In this document: one piece after another, positions 19,581 to 33,431 of the stretch
Layout of the letters: the number at the start of each line of letters is the position of its first letter
Numbering within the stretch: the stretch's first letter is position 1
Assembly: GCA_964016885.1 (NCBI GenBank)
Contig: OZ024752.1
Location: forward strand, 10,106,001 to 10,170,000
Reading direction: 5' to 3'
From: Eledone cirrhosa
Taxonomy: Eukaryota
Length of the DNA stretch: 64,000 nucleotides
Notes under the pieces: generated by a model
The model's input: only the letters and a program-made list of their open reading frames with translations
Told to the model about the DNA's origin: nothing
Database searches by the model: none
Program-made: the position numbers and the translations under genes

Positions 19581-20478
19581 ATTTTCACATTGTTTGCATT
19601 ATTTACAATACAAAGTCCAACTTTCAGTACTTTTAAGTAACAACTAAGCTGTTTCTATTATATATTGGAATTAAAGTTAATGCTTATATCAATAAGTATT
19701 TCTTTATTACCCAGAAAGACATACATATAAGATACAGTAAACATTATAACCATAACATTTACAAAACCTGTGGAACCCTTGTGCTGTAAACAGTTCATGA
19801 TATAAAATTAGAACCGTTATTCATGAGAGATTCATGTGATACAACATAGAATAAGTATAATTATTACAATAATAATTATTATTGTTTGTGTGTAGATGTG
19901 AACATGTTTTTAGTATTATTTCCTTTGGTAGTTCACTATCTTTAAACTTAAAATTAGTGATAAATAATACTTGTTTCATGTTTTTTTCAGAATACTATGC
20001 CAATATTATTGTCAGTAATCGTGATTAACATTATTCCGAGTTTGTTAGTACATCTTGAAGCTTCTATAGTTATTTACTGTCTAATCTTTTGTTGAGACTT
20101 ATGGATAATAATCATTGTTTGATATAACACTAGATATCAAAATAAACCTATCTGTTTTATAGTATAACGAATATAAGAAGGTATGCTTGTTCTTGTTTTC
20201 AAATAATACAAATAATATGTGATCAAATCTGTGATATGACGGAATGACTGTCACTTTCTTTAAAGTAAACGGAAAAATGTCGATAGATATTTTACAAAGG
20301 CTCGGCTAATCTCTTACTCTGCCTTCTCTCTCTCTCTCCCCCTTTCTGTATCTCTTCTTTTCTCCTTCTTGTATACAACCTATGGATGCTAAACAAAATT
20401 CGTTAGATCTAAATAGACGTATTAGGTTTCAAATCAGAATATTTCCAGTAGGTGATAAATTCTCAGAGTATATATATA

Positions 20479-21331
20479 CGAGGTGTGTCAGAAAAGTTTC
20501 AGGACTGATGTCACAAAAGATTTATTTCAAACCCAAAATTCACACTGAGAGTTTTCTCCTTCAAAGTAACCCCCCTGGAGTCTAATGCACTTTTCCATCC
20601 TTTTCTGCCACGCTTGCATGCACTCCTGAAAGGATTCTTCCGGGATCCCCCACAGTTCCGGCGTCACGGCCTTTTTGATGTCGTCCACGTCTTCAAAACG
20701 GGTCCCCTCCGGGTCGTACTCAAGATCCATGACTCATCACCGGTGATGTATGTCCCTAGCAAGTCTGGTTCGGTTTCAAGACGCTCGAGGATGTCCTGGC
20801 ACACTTGCATGCGTCGACCCTTCTGGTCATCGTTCAGCAGTTTTGGCACCATCTTCGCGCAGACTTTCCGTATGTCCAAATCTTCAGTGAGTATCTTCAA
20901 GACGCTGTCCTGGTTCATGCCCAGTCATTTGCCATCAGTCAAACAGTCAGCCGACGATCACTACGCACCATCTGCCTTCCGCTCCTGGGGTCATCTTCCA
21001 CGTGCTCGCGTCCTTCTTTAAAGCTCTTGCACAACTCAAAAACACGTGAGCGTGACATCGTCTCATCTCCATAAACTTGCTGCAGCAATCCCGGTGCTTC
21101 TGACGGAGTTTTCCCAAACCGTTCGTTGCTCTGTGCTCATTGCTTGACGATCTGAAACAGAGGACATGTATATAAAATTATGAAGAAAAAAGTTTGATCG
21201 CTGCAGAGAGCTAAGATTACAGTTACATACTCCAGGGGGATTACTTCGGAGGAGAAAACTCTTAAAGGGAAGTTTGGGTTTGAAATAAATCTTTTGTGAC
21301 ATCAGTCCTGGAACTTTTCTGACACACCTCG
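20479..21331 (-). mobile_element. Mariner (Tc1/mariner) transposon, internally deleted
   Basis: 103-bp TIRs starting cgaggtgtgtcagaaaag, TA flanks; transposase fragments RKVCAKMVPKLL, ITGDESW, RFEDVDDIKKAVT, WQKRMEKCIRLQGGYFE. Confidence 0.95.
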
Positions 21332-21503
21332 TATATATATATACAGTTCAAGGAGACAACAAACAGAGGCACAATAAGTCTTATTAGTTTCACGTTTTAA
21401 ATTGGAAAGAGGAAGGAAAGTTGGCCGTGTTTGTCTTAAGCCCTTCAAGAGAACAAAATAGAGACAGGGTCACAACGGAAAAAAACGTTCAGTAAAGATA
21501 TTA

Positions 21504-21571
<68 letters not shown>

Positions 21572-21619
21572 ACACATACATATATTTTATTTATGTAATA
21601 AACAACACAATATAATTAG

Positions 21620-21684
21620 TCCATTAGACAAGGTTTCACGATGTGAGATGAATCTAAGAGAAACGTGTTTCCTCATCAGATGAA
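21620..21684 (-). ncRNA. Hammerhead-like motif (related degenerate copy ~43026-43092)
   Basis: Reverse complement: ttcat CTGATGA ggaaacacgtttctc... GAAA ccttgt(ct)A atgga. Confidence 0.5.
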
Positions 21685-21956
21685 ATATCTATCATATATA
21701 TTATAAGCTTCTAAAATCACATTTACATTTCATTACTGACCTAATGCATCGTGTTTATGCTAACATATAAAGAGGTTCTGCTGTTCGTTCTTTGATTCAC
21801 AACTTTTGCTGATTCACGACGACTAAATGCACAGGGAACACGTCACAAATGGGTGACGGAGTACGTACATGTAATTTTCCCCGCATTTTTATCCTTTTCC
21901 ACAGTTCCTTCCTCTTCTCACTATTTATCTTTCTATTTCAACTTCTGATTCTAATT

Positions 21957-21990
21957 ATTCTAATGAAGGACTAGAGTCCGAAACGTTAAA
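21957..21990 (+). ncRNA. Degenerate hammerhead (family C, G5A)
   Basis: CTAATGA aggac taga gtcc GAAA cgTT aaa. Confidence 0.5.
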
Positions 21991-22069
21991 ACTCTTTCCC
22001 TGCCATTGCATGATTAAATCACATACTTCTTAAATGTATCTGTCATTTGCTTTGTTATTTCTGTTTACT

Positions 22070-22176
<107 letters not shown>

Positions 22177-22400
22177 CTGAGGTTAGCTGGACATGCTCAC
22201 CCACATCCAGAGTTGACATTGCTTCTGTGGGAGCCCCTACATCGACACATTAGAAGAGGAAGACAAGTTTAACGTATGTTGATGCCCTAAGGACAGACAC
22301 TGGTCTGTTGGAGACGCAGGACATGGCAGCGATAATGAGGGACAGAGACCTCTGGAGAGAACTCATCCATGGATCTCGGGAATTTTACCCGCCTTAGATA
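22177..22400 (+). mobile_element. RTE/RTEX-type LINE 3' fragment
   Basis: LRLAGHAHPHPEL..LLWEP..RRGR..TYVDALRTDTG..MRDRDLWRELI; (GATA)n tail. Confidence 0.75.
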
Positions 22401-22417
22401 GATAGACAGATAGATAG

Positions 22418-22502
22418 TATAACAAAGAGTATGGTAAGACACCAGTGGACCATAACGCACTAGAGTAGTCAATACTTAGGGTAGTGGACTGGATAATAGA
22501 AA
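22418..22502 (-). mobile_element. PLE 3'-terminal remnant (family of 31440-33620)
   Basis: Reverse complement matches ccactacc..aagtattgactactctagtgcgttatggtcc. Confidence 0.65.
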
Positions 22503-22719
22503 AAGAGCCAATTTTTCTACAAATCACTTCCCTCTGAAGTGAATTATATGCGGTGATCTACGTAATGTATTGGTTATTGATATCAATTTTCTATAACTCA
22601 GAGTGGAACATGATCAGGTCCATGCAGTCATTAACACTAATTATATTTCACAAATACAATCAGATTCCAATAAGTATTTTATATATTTCAGTGCTTTGCG
22701 TATTACGGTGGTATATATA

Positions 22720-22968
22720 TTTTGACACCTCACACCTATGCAGGTTTAGCTGGCCTCCTCCAAGGTATATATCTCGTTGGAGGTCTCTTGGGTGATTTAA
22801 TGATATGGACCCCAGTCCTATCTTCTAATTTCTAAAGCTGAGCAAACTGGAGCAACGTGAAATAAAGCGACTTGCTCAAGGAAACAACATCACCCGGTCC
22901 GAGAATTGAACTCACAACCTTTCCATTGCAGGCACAATGTTCTAACCACTAAGCCATGCGCCTTCACA
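22720..22968 (-). mobile_element. tRNA-derived SINE family B
   Basis: Reverse complement: ggcgcatggcttagtggttagaac (A-box), gagttcaattctc (B-box), ttccttgagcaag..tttcacgttgctccag. Confidence 0.8.
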
Positions 22969-23890
22969 AGTATATATATATTACTGTAATGTCGATGTAA
23001 TTAGGACATTTACGAAATATATGATAAATATGTTAAAGCTCATACTTTATGTTAGAAGGTATACGTTCATTAAGACTAACAATTTTTCAGATTAAGATAT
23101 TCTTAGTTAATAATCGTATGAACGTGATAGGTTCGATAGTGCATCATAATATTTCTGCTAGAGAATGACCTAACATTTGTCTATCTATAGCAACAGTTTT
23201 ACATACTAATCATCTTTACATGCTTCCTAAAATATCATATTTCTTTTATCAGACTGATAATTATTGTCAGTCAGCAGCCATCATAAATATATCGTTGAAT
23301 ATTCATTGTTCTTTAAGTATGTTAATTGTCGGAGTTAGGTGTTTCTATTATGCGGGTATTAAGTCTAGACAATATTTGATTTGCAATATACTATCAATTT
23401 CATCCAGATACATTAATACATCAAGTGCGTCTATATAATACAGTGGTAATTACTATTTTTGAAGAGTCAATGTAAGATTGCATTCGTCTCATCCAACTTC
23501 CTAAAAATCATTTTCAATCGATGTAAATATACGTATATTATACGTATAACTTCTTTAGTTGCCAAATAACAGAAGTCTATATTTCTGAAGTATATCCGCA
23601 GATACTTAAGATGATACATGCAACAGTTTTTGGAAACATAACTCCCCAACAAATACATATTCACAAATGCGACCCATCTTTATTTGTTCATATACATAAT
23701 CTAATATATCTTAATTTCCTCTTGTAAAGTTATCTGTCACGATTGTAATACTCTTACCCGGTGAACATATTTGGTGAACGATATCTATGAATATTTCACA
23801 TCAATTCTCTTTACTGCTCACCGCCAGGAAACACATCATTCTCAATGTAAAATCAAGACCAAAGTAACCCAACTACATCACGATTAAAAC

Positions 23891-24178
23891 CAGGCATGGG
23901 CAAATATTTTCGAGATGCGGGCAGCATGAGATGTGGTTCATCATTAGGCGGGCTGCAAGCGCTAATTTACATTCGTGCCCGCATAAAAAAAGGCGGTAAT
24001 TCAGGTTGTTTTGTTTTGTTTCTTCAGAATTCGTACACGTTGTTTTCCTCAATCGTAAACATCTTAGAAAGGTAAATTACGACAGAAAAGTTGGGGTAAA
24101 AAAATTAGAAAGATTTCACTGAGGTGACTTAGGCGAGCCATTCAGAAAGCTCCGTGGGCCGCAGGTTGCTCATGACTG
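23891..24178 (+). mobile_element. hAT (Charlie-like) MITE
   Basis: TIRs caggcatgggcaa / ttgctcatgactg, internal gcgggcc-like motifs; second copy at 48462-48753. Confidence 0.75.
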
Positions 24179-24263
24179 ATTTAAAGTTAGAACAATAACT
24201 TCAAGTCAGTTTATTTATTGAGATGAAGTCCATCAATTAAATTACTTTTCATCAACTATTATT

Positions 24264-24398
24264 TGGTGGATTGGCAGTATCGATAGAGAGTCGGACACCA
24301 TGCTTTGAAGCATAGAGTTACGTCCCTTTATGATCTGAGTTCAAATCCCGCCGAGGTTAACTTTGTCTTTCTTCCTTGCGGGGTCGATAAAATAAAGC
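24264..24398 (+). mobile_element. SINE family A, 3'-truncated
   Basis: Head and core present. Confidence 0.85.
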
Positions 24399-25197
24399 GT
24401 GCTGAATCTTTGTGAGTGTAAACACGGCCGAAGAAGAAGATGTAAGGCGTTATATAAATGCTGTAATTAATACACATTGCTATATGGAGATAAATGGTAC
24501 TAATTTTACAAAACTTACTTTATTGAACAAACATGTTTCACCCCTCTTTATACAGTGAAATCTCTTATACGGAAATGAAAGTATATTCATATTGATATAA
24601 TGTTATACATAAATACTGTGGAAATTGTAAATGTTTTATCTATATAATACATATATTATGAAACACGATGTTTCCGTTTGTAAAATGGCACACATGAATA
24701 TATACATGTTAGAACAATTAAAATTAATTATTGATTAATCAGTTTCATAATGATGATTTATAGATAAATATCGTTTCAAATCGGATTGTTAAATATCTGC
24801 CTTCGTATGAAACGTTGATTTTAAACATCGCCCCATCTGTCATAATTTCAGTGAAGGCAAATCCTGAACTTCAAAGTAATACATATTCGAGCGCTTATTG
24901 TTTTGAAGTAAAAGTACTCATTAATTCAGTAACATTGATGAGAACTGCCCCTCACTTTTAATTACAAAGTGACATTTGATTAATGCATTTTTAAGATAAA
25001 TAGAATTAGATACGTTTTCCTATTAAATTTTGAAGAAAATTAAATTAGAAAACCAATAGAAGCATGACATGCAGATAGAGTTATCTTAATTGTGTCTAAC
25101 GATCTAAAAATACAAAAGATGAAAATGTTAAATGTCAAATAAAACAATAATAGTTCTAAATTTTCACGAGGCATGTTGTGCATTATTACACGTATAA

Positions 25198-25650
25198 TGG
25201 CGGTGGATTGGCAGAATTGTTAGAGCGTTGGACCAAATGCTTCGCAGCATATAATTACGACCCTTTACGTTCTTGTTTCAAATCCCACCGAGGTTAGCAT
25301 TGCCTTTCATCCTTACGTGGTCGATAAAAAAATAACATCAAGCACTGTAGTCGATTTAATTGAATTCCCCACCCCCTTAAAATTCCTGATTTTGTGTCTC
25401 AATTAGAAACAATTGTTCAATGTATCATATTCAATTCTGTTACTTAAACATTGCAAAAGAGTTCCTTATTTGCCTATGAAATTAATTGTTTCTACTTTTG
25501 GCACAAGGCCAGCAATTACCCAGTACATTACTGGTACTTTATTTTATCGACCCCGTAAGGGATGAAAGGCAAAGTTAACCTCGGCGAAATTTGAACTCAG
25601 ACTGCAAAGCATGGCGTCCGACCCTCTACTGAAACTGCCAAACTACCGCC
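25198..25650. mobile_element. Two convergent SINE family A copies (+ 25198-25415, - 25485-25650)
   Basis: Shared core in opposite orientations. Confidence 0.85.
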
Positions 25651-25749
25651 TATGAAATTAATGTGTCAGTCGCATGAGTTTCTTAGTTACGATTACACTG
25701 ATAATAATTTAGTGAATTAATAACGATTGTATATACTTTGTTGCACTAG

Positions 25750-26052
25750 TACTGGCACTTCGTCTGTCACGACGACGAGTGTTCCAGTTGGAATTAATTG
25801 AACACCCTGCCTGTGAACTTAACGTGCAATTGACTTAGCATTCTACAGGCACACAGTTCTCAGGGAGATTCAGCGTGACACAAAATGTGACAATGCTGGA
25901 TATTCGAATTACAGGTACAACTCATTTTTGATAGTTGAGCGGATTGAAGCAACCTGATAAAAAGTGTCTTGCTCAAGGACACCATACCCCGCCAGAAATC
26001 GAACTCAGTATTGAGAACTGATTACCCTAACCACAAAGCTACGCGATTTCAC
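25750..26052 (-). mobile_element. SINE family B
   Basis: tRNA-like head and gtccttgagcaagacac motif on minus strand. Confidence 0.7.
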
Positions 26053-26454
26053 ATGTTTGAAATGATAGCAGTGCAAGTATACTTTCTATTGATGATGTAT
26101 ATAAGCAAAGAATTTAAATCTTTATTAATATATATCATAAATTCATGACGTGATAATATAAATTTAAAACAAGAAAAAATACCTCATACATTGTAAATAT
26201 AGATAATAATAAGAAAGTATGAAATATGAGTTATAGTTATTAGGAAAGCAATGTAAGCTTTCGTCTTAGAATCTTTCACTATATTACTCACGGGGTTTCT
26301 ACGTCACATCTCCCTACATACCTTTAGTTTTCTATTTTTTCCATATCCTCTTCCCTTTTGGCCGTAAAATATACCAAAAATAATTTCTAAATAAGAAATT
26401 TTAAAATATGTCCATTATATTGTGAATTGTAATCCCACAAAAAAAAACTCAAAA

Positions 26455-27790
26455 TTCTTTTCTTCTTCACCCACTTAATCCTGGGAGGGTCGTGTTGTGG
26501 GTGCAGAGTCCTCAAATACTTCTTCCAGCACGTCCTATCAGAAGCAACCGTTTCTAACTGATCCGGCTGGATCCCCAAGCGAGACCAGCCAAGATAATGA
26601 AAGTTATCCAACCATCTTGCCCGGGGTCTGCCCCGTGGTCTCCTACCTATTGGTTTTGCCCGTAAAATCTGTCCAGTGATTTTTAACAGACATTCTATCC
26701 ACATATCGTAACTCGGATCTCTCAATTGGCAGAAGTAGTAGCTCTCACTGGAGTGACTCTGATATCCGAGCTACGCAATCTATCGAGTAATGTTACCCGA
26801 AAGACCCTTCTTAACAGACATTCTATCCACATGTCCATAGTATCGTAACTCGGATCTCTCAATTGGCAGGAGTAGTAGCTCTCACTGGAGTGACTCTGAT
26901 ATCCGAGCTACGCAATCTAACGAGTAATGTTACTCGAAAGACCCTTCTTAACAGACATTCTATCCACATGTCCATAGTATCGTAACTCGGATCTCTCAAT
27001 TGGCAGGAGTAGTAGCTCTCACTGGAGTGACTCTGATATCCGAGCTACGCAATCTAACGAGTAATGTTACTCGAAAGACCCTTCTTAACAGACATTCTAT
27101 CCACATGTCCATAGTATCGTAACTCGGATCTCTCAATTGGCAGGAGTAGTAGGTCTCACTGGAGTGACTCTGATATCCGAGCTACGCAATCTATCGAGTA
27201 ATGTTACTCGAAAGACCCTTCTTAACAGACATTCTATCCACATGTCCATAGTATCGTAACTCGGATCTCAATTGGCAGGAGTAGTAGCTCTCACTGGAGT
27301 GACTCTGATATCTGAGCTACGCAATCTATCGAGTAATGTTACTCGAAAGACCCTTCTTAACAGACATTCTATCCACATGTCCATAGTATCGTAACTCGGA
27401 TCTCAATTGGCAGGAGTAGTAGCTCTCACTGGAGTGACTCTGATATCTGAGCTACGCAATCTATCGAGTAATGTTACTCGAAAGACCTTTCTTAACAGAC
27501 ATTCTATCCACATGTCCATAGTATCGTAACTCGGATCTCTCAATTGGCAGAAGTAGTAGCTCTCACTGGAGTGACTCTGATATCCGAGCTACGCAATCTA
27601 TCGAGTAATGTTACCCGAAAGACCCTTCTTAACAGACATTCTATCCCCATGTCCATAGTATCGTAACTCGGATCTCTCAATTGGCAGGAGTAGTAGCTCT
27701 CACTGGAGTGATTCTGATATCCGAGCTACGCAATCTATCGAGTAATGTTACTCCAAAAGCCCTTCGGGGGAACCACATTTCAGCCGCTTC
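26455..27790 (-). mobile_element. RTE LINE 3' fragment containing an internal tandem array
   Basis: EAAEMWFPRR..GVTLLDRLRSSDIR..LRYYGHV.RM and KPIGRRPRGRPRARWLD..ASDRTCWK. Confidence 0.85.
26683..27765. repeat. Tandem array of 8 units of ~137 bp
   Basis: Units start (ttaacagacattctatcc) at 26683, 26811, 26948, 27085, 27222, 27357, 27492, 27629. Confidence 0.95.
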
Positions 27791-29206
27791 TATAATTCAA
27801 TAGCACAAATATTATTGAAAAACTATATATCCGTGCAGTAACTGATTCAGTAACATAACGCTTATGATGCAAAATGTCGAATTCTAAATATTTATGGGAC
27901 GCCCACTGAAATAACATATAGAAATATATATTGAATGCACCACAGTTATTTATTATTCGGATATAGTTATCCTGAATATTGGGTATCTAACGTGTGCAGC
28001 TTTCATCTAATTAATTATATTATTGATTTTCCTAGACTTGAAAAGGATCTCTAAAACGTCGACTGTAATCTAACATAATTACTAAACGAGACAGCATTCA
28101 CAAATGTGTACATATGATATATATTGACGAAATTTACATTTATCGTTTATTATTATATTTCAGAAATACAAATACTTTATATTTAGATTTTAGTTCGAAT
28201 TCCAGAATATAATCCATTTATTTGAAAAGAGACAGTCATATAGCTTTCAGATTTTATACAAGTTTAACGTATTTTGAATTAGAGTGACGTAATAAATCCT
28301 ACACATGTACAAGAAATGTGCATTTTATTACATTAAAAGCGATTTCAAGAGAGAACCCAGAAAAATAGATGCATGAAAAGACTCATATGGAGAATCAAAA
28401 ATAAATTGGAAAAACGAAAACATATTGTAGCATAAAAAGGTTATTAAAATAGCTTTGACAAGAAGCTCGGCGCCATCTCCAGCAAGCGGTACAAAAGTTT
28501 GAAGCTAAAATCTACCATTGCTACGCCAAAAAAGAACTTGAAATCAATTCAATAACAAAATCCAGTGTGAAGACTTTTATGGCAATATCAAATATAATCA
28601 TGGTAGTTTGGAATATTCTATAAGAGGGGGAAAAAATCCATATTTTTGATAAATGAAGCTTTATATATTATTTATGAAACATATATATTTACCGTCTTTT
28701 CAATCAGCTAATGACGATCTATTTATGTGAAATGCGTAATATTATAGAATATCAAATATTCGTTTGAAAATATTTACAATCTATATATTTTATTTTCGAT
28801 CGGAACTGCATACATTTTGAGGCACATAAATAGGTGAAAACATGTTAAACGTTAGCAACATTTAACTGATCATAATGTCCGAATATTTACACTTTCGTCA
28901 AATACTGTGATTGCATGCGGTGCACGAGTGTCGTCAGAGTGTTAATTATTTCTTTAGGGTCTCGGATCTCTGAGATCAAATCCTTACGAGTTTCAACTTT
29001 ACTTTCATCCTCTGAGGGTCGATAAAGTAAGTCCTAACGTTGTCCTAGTGTAGCCATATATTCGTCCATCTATCACCTCTTGGATGTTTCCCTGAACGAA
29101 GGTATAGTTCATAATTCCTCAAGATCGTATTAGTATTACATATAGAATATAATTTGTCAATGGTAATTTGTTCAATGGTAATATTGAGCATTAACGTATT
29201 ATATAA

Positions 29207-30126
29207 TCTACTAGCAGTGGCACCCGGCCTTGCACGGGATAAGGTATTTTGGAAGGCGGGCCGCCAACACACCTAATCGTGGAAACACTGCATGCCTGGA
29301 CAATATGTAAAGAAAATAAACCGAATACTCTGATGGCTGGATAATCTTTAAGATTTTCCTCGATGAAGCAGGAAAAATGCAGGTTTTCACCTAATGCGAA
29401 CCCTAGGGGATCAATAAAATGAATTTTTGTAATGTGCATAATATGTCTTGAAATTTCGGGAAAATCGGCTACACGTAACGCCTCCAAAAATCCCTAAAAA
29501 GCTGAACAAATGAAGTTTTTCACATAATGCGGGCCCTAGGCCATAAAAAAGTTGGATTTTCTTTGCTCACGGTATGAAGAAGAAACTGATTAATACATAG
29601 TTACAATTTCAACGAAATCAGTCTGACGTAACGCCTCAAAAAACCCCTAAAAAGTTTTTAAAATGCAGTTTTTCACCTAATTCGGACCCTAGGAGATAAA
29701 AAGTTGGATTATTCTATGTGCACAAGACTCCCTGAAACATAAGTAATACACATGTGAAGTTTCAAAAAAATCGGTTGGGTACTTCTCGAGTTTTAGGGAT
29801 TCAAACTCACACACAGAGACAGACATACCTCAGGGAAGTGACGTAATGCAGGCAGGCATTAGACATACAGGCAGATATTATAAGGGTGCGACATTATATG
29901 TATGTACCTATCTAAAAAGAGAAAGACTAAGAATTATAGAGAGAGATCGCTAAATCGCCTAATGTGGTCCCTAGGGCATTGAAAATTTGAAATTTTCTTT
30001 TGTTCAGAACACTCCCTGAAGCATTACATGTGTAAAGTTTGAAAACTGTCGGTTTGGTGGTTCTCGAGTTTTAGGGATTCAAACTCACATACACACACAA
30101 ACATCCTCAGTTTTATATATATAGAT
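29207..30126 (+). mobile_element. Non-autonomous Helitron/Helentron-like element (Lep1/HINE-like architecture)
   Basis: One end actagc...cacccggccttgcacggg hairpin, internal ~120-bp subrepeats with aaatcgg motifs, (CA)-rich segment, other end ttttatatatatagat. Confidence 0.7.
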
Positions 30127-31394
30127 AATAAATGGTATAATGGCTGTATATATAGTTCTTTGTTAGACGCTATACATTTCATGAAGTTTGCCCATTAATT
30201 TTACAATAATCATAACTACAACCTACATACTATGAATATATAATTGCACTTTTATTTTTAGTCTTGTTTAGTAGCACTTAACTTACTAAGTTTCTATAGA
30301 TTCTGTCAATGCTGGTTATTCACTAGATATAAATATTCAGTTTGAATTTGTTTTTTATGCATTATCGGACAATTTAAGAGTAAAATATTGGGAATTTTGG
30401 AAAATATCCACCGAACCAATTATATTGTCCAAGAAGCATGTTCATTGATGAGTGAATTCATTCGACATAAGCATAGATTCGCATTGGGTTTAATCTTGAA
30501 TAAGAGCACTGGGTATATGTAGAGAGCAAACGAAACAGAGAAAACATAGAGACGGTAAGCTTTGTGTACATGAATGGAGAAATTGTTTTGTTTTGGGCTG
30601 TGCGTCCATTTTAATTATAGAGGTACTATATTACTTCACTATATATATATGCCCCTGGACATGACATTATATTATATCTCAGTAAAGCGTAATAACAGTA
30701 ACCACTATTTAAATTCCTAGAGATTATAATGATTGTTGAATATAGATCAGACGTTTTGTAGAGACTATTTCCAAACATTAAATAGGGTTGCTACTGTTAT
30801 AAAATGATCGGTTTGGTTCAACAAAGGCATGAGAGAGTGTATGAAGCAAGATTAAGTTGTGCCCTGTTAGTAAGTAATGTATACTTCACAATCACTCATT
30901 TTTAATTCAAAACAGTTTAGTTCTACCTCTGATATATTGCACATAATATAATATTATACACACTTTCAAACATTGCAATTATGCTAGTATGAGCGACATG
31001 ATTTATTAATCGTAAATCAAAGAAAACAGCCAAATTTTAAACAAAGGAAAGTTAGCTGAAATATTACATCTCAGCAATATAACAGTTTTCCATGTAAGAA
31101 CCATAATCAAACAGGTTAGGAAATATATCAACACCATTATGTTATTCAAAGTAAAATATAAAATAACAATGAACAATTGAATGGAGAAAATAAACCTATA
31201 AATATGAAACATTTTCTTAGGGTTTTTGAAGCAAGGCATTGTCGGAAAAGTCTGGTGCATTGCTCACATATAAATTCAACTCCTCCGTTTATCAAAAGAG
31301 TTGGCTGCATAAATATATAGTGCATATCACTGCAATCGAATCCAAGTTCTAAACTTCATATACACATAGCTTTATGTCTCTCTCCCTCTCTCTC

Positions 31395-31444
<50 letters not shown>

Positions 31445-31454
31445 AACCAGTAAG

Positions 31455-31548
31455 ACCCCGACAGCTGAGCTCAGGCCGTTTCGACGGCTAATTCTGGACT
31501 AAATGAAAATTTATCCTGGTATTTAAATAGCCGATCTTCTCAAGGGGT
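31455..31548 (-). ncRNA. Hammerhead ribozyme, U3-A8 variant (inverted pLTR copy)
   Basis: Reverse complement of 33432-33525 with one substitution in stem III. Confidence 0.8.
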
Positions 31549-31837
31549 AATTCCATATATGGTCAAAGTGATTGTCAAAAATCAGTAGTAATTCTGTGGT
31601 TGCAAATTAGTAGGGGAGATGGTGGCTAAACCTGCCAGTAGGAGAAAGAGGGGAGGGGGTGGAGTAGACCCAATCAAGCGTTGGTAGTGCCAGCTACAGC
31701 TGGGCATGAGGTCAAAGAAGATACAGGGGAGGGGGAGGGGGAGGAGGTCGGAACGGTAGGTAGAACAATGGGGGGGGGGGGTAGAAATAGGAAAGAAAAA
31801 ATACTGAGAGTGAAGAAAAACAAATAAGTGTAAAGAT

Positions 31838-32320
31838 GGCAGAAATAACCTAATTAGCAGTGGAGAACCGACCAGGAGGTGTAACTGCCCGGATAGATCT
31901 ATTTGCCCACTCGACAATAGATGCAGAGACCGTAATGTGATCTACCAGTGCAACGTGAGGACGGATACCTCCAACAAAGCCTATATAGGACTTACCGCAT
32001 GTGACTTCAAGACCCGGCTATACCAACATAGACATACCTTCCGAAACCCGGCCCGGCGTCACGCCACTACACTTTCGGGCCACATATGGGACCTCAAGGA
32101 CAACAACATCACCTATGATCTCACTTGGAGATTACTGTCTAGAGCCAATTCTTACACGGGAGGACGCCGTCCGTGCAATTTATGCTCGGAGGAAACTTTA
32201 CAAATGCTGTTTTCGACGGACCAACTCCTAAACAAGAAAGATGAACTGGTTACTGCATGTAAACATAGATTGCGTAGGACTTACCTCGCCCTCAAACCCC
32301 ATAATGACCCGGGGGGGTAG
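31838..32320 (+). CDS. C-terminal linker and GIY-YIG endonuclease of the PLE ORF (5'-truncated, frame intact)
   Basis: CNCPDRSICPLDNRC linker, VIYQC..YIGLT..FKTRLYQH, TTLSGHIW, CNLCSEE, LLNKKDELVTACKH. Confidence 0.9.
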   Translation, partial: GRNNLISSGEPTRRCNCPDRSICPLDNRCRDRNVIYQCNVRTDTSNKAYIGLTACDFKTRLYQHRHTFRNPARRHATTLSGHIWDLKDNNITYDLTWRLLSRANSYTGGRRPCNLCSEETLQMLFSTDQLLNKKDELVTACKHRLRRTYLALKPHNDPGG

Positions 32321-33028
32321 ACTAGGGCTATAACACCCCAGTTGCCGATTTTGCAATGGGTAACCCCTGCTTGCCAAGGAAGACGTAAGATCTTCTTTGT
32401 ATTCTTTTATCGCTTCCTTTATTTCCTTCCCCCCTCTCTCCTTTGTCCTTCTACCCCAGCTCTTCTCCTTTGTCGGCGTCTTTTCTCGCCCACCCGAGGC
32501 TGCCCTTTGGCCCCATGTAGCCTTAGTACCCCCCCCCTCCCCTAGTCTTTGATGGATTTGGCGGACTCCGCCCTTTATAGCAGTTGGCTTAGACCCCGGA
32601 TATTTCCCCCTTTTTCCGACCGCTCCCACTATTCTCTGTGCCCTCTATATTTCTTAGTGGCACATGCCTTATTTTTTCGTTTCAGTATTTCTTGCTTCGC
32701 TTTTCTTCTGGGCGGGGTGGATTGTGAATTTATTTCTCCGTATTCTACCTTTATTTCGTACGAACTTTCATGTAGCTTGTTTTAGATCTTTTAGAGTTAG
32801 CATTAGTATATATTTTTCTCGGGACTCAGAATTATTATCTCGTACAAGTTCACTTTGCTGCACTGGGTCGTTGCTGGCCCGGGATGGAAACCTTTATTGT
32901 TTATTTCGTGGTAGTCTCTTTAGTATTTTGGCCCCTTTTGTTGACCCGTCACCGTATCATTTACGTACTTATACCTCTTAAAAGGGTCCTTGCCTTACCC
33001 GTCCCACCTAGTTCTCTTACTTATTTCC

Positions 33029-33059
<31 letters not shown>

Positions 33060-33431
33060 CTTCTTTCTTTCTTTCTTTATTTTATTCTCGCCTAACAATA
33101 GCCTGACACCTAGGTCGTAGAATTTAATTTACTTTACTTTTTTCTTTACACTTATTTGCTTTTCTTCACTCTCAGTATTTTTTCTTTCCTATTTCTACCC
33201 CCCCCCCCCCATTGTTCTACCTACCGTTCCGACCTCCTCCCCCTCCCCCTCCCCTGTATCTTCTTTGACCTCATGCCCAGCTGTAGCTGGCACTACCAAC
33301 GCTTGATTGGGTCTACTCCACCCCCTCCCCTCTTTCTCCTACTGGCAGGTTTAGCCACCATCTCCCCTACTAATTTGCAACCACAGAATTACTACTGATT
33401 TTTGACAATCACTTTGACCATATATGGAATT

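Noticed and set aside
26683-27765. Regular repeat array resembling CRISPR
   Set aside because: Units are contiguous and near-identical with no unique spacers, derive from a LINE, and the context is eukaryotic
31582-33398. Near-duplicate ORFs 31582-31917 (-) and 33156-33398 (+) as genes
   Set aside because: Incidental frames within the inverted pseudo-LTR arms
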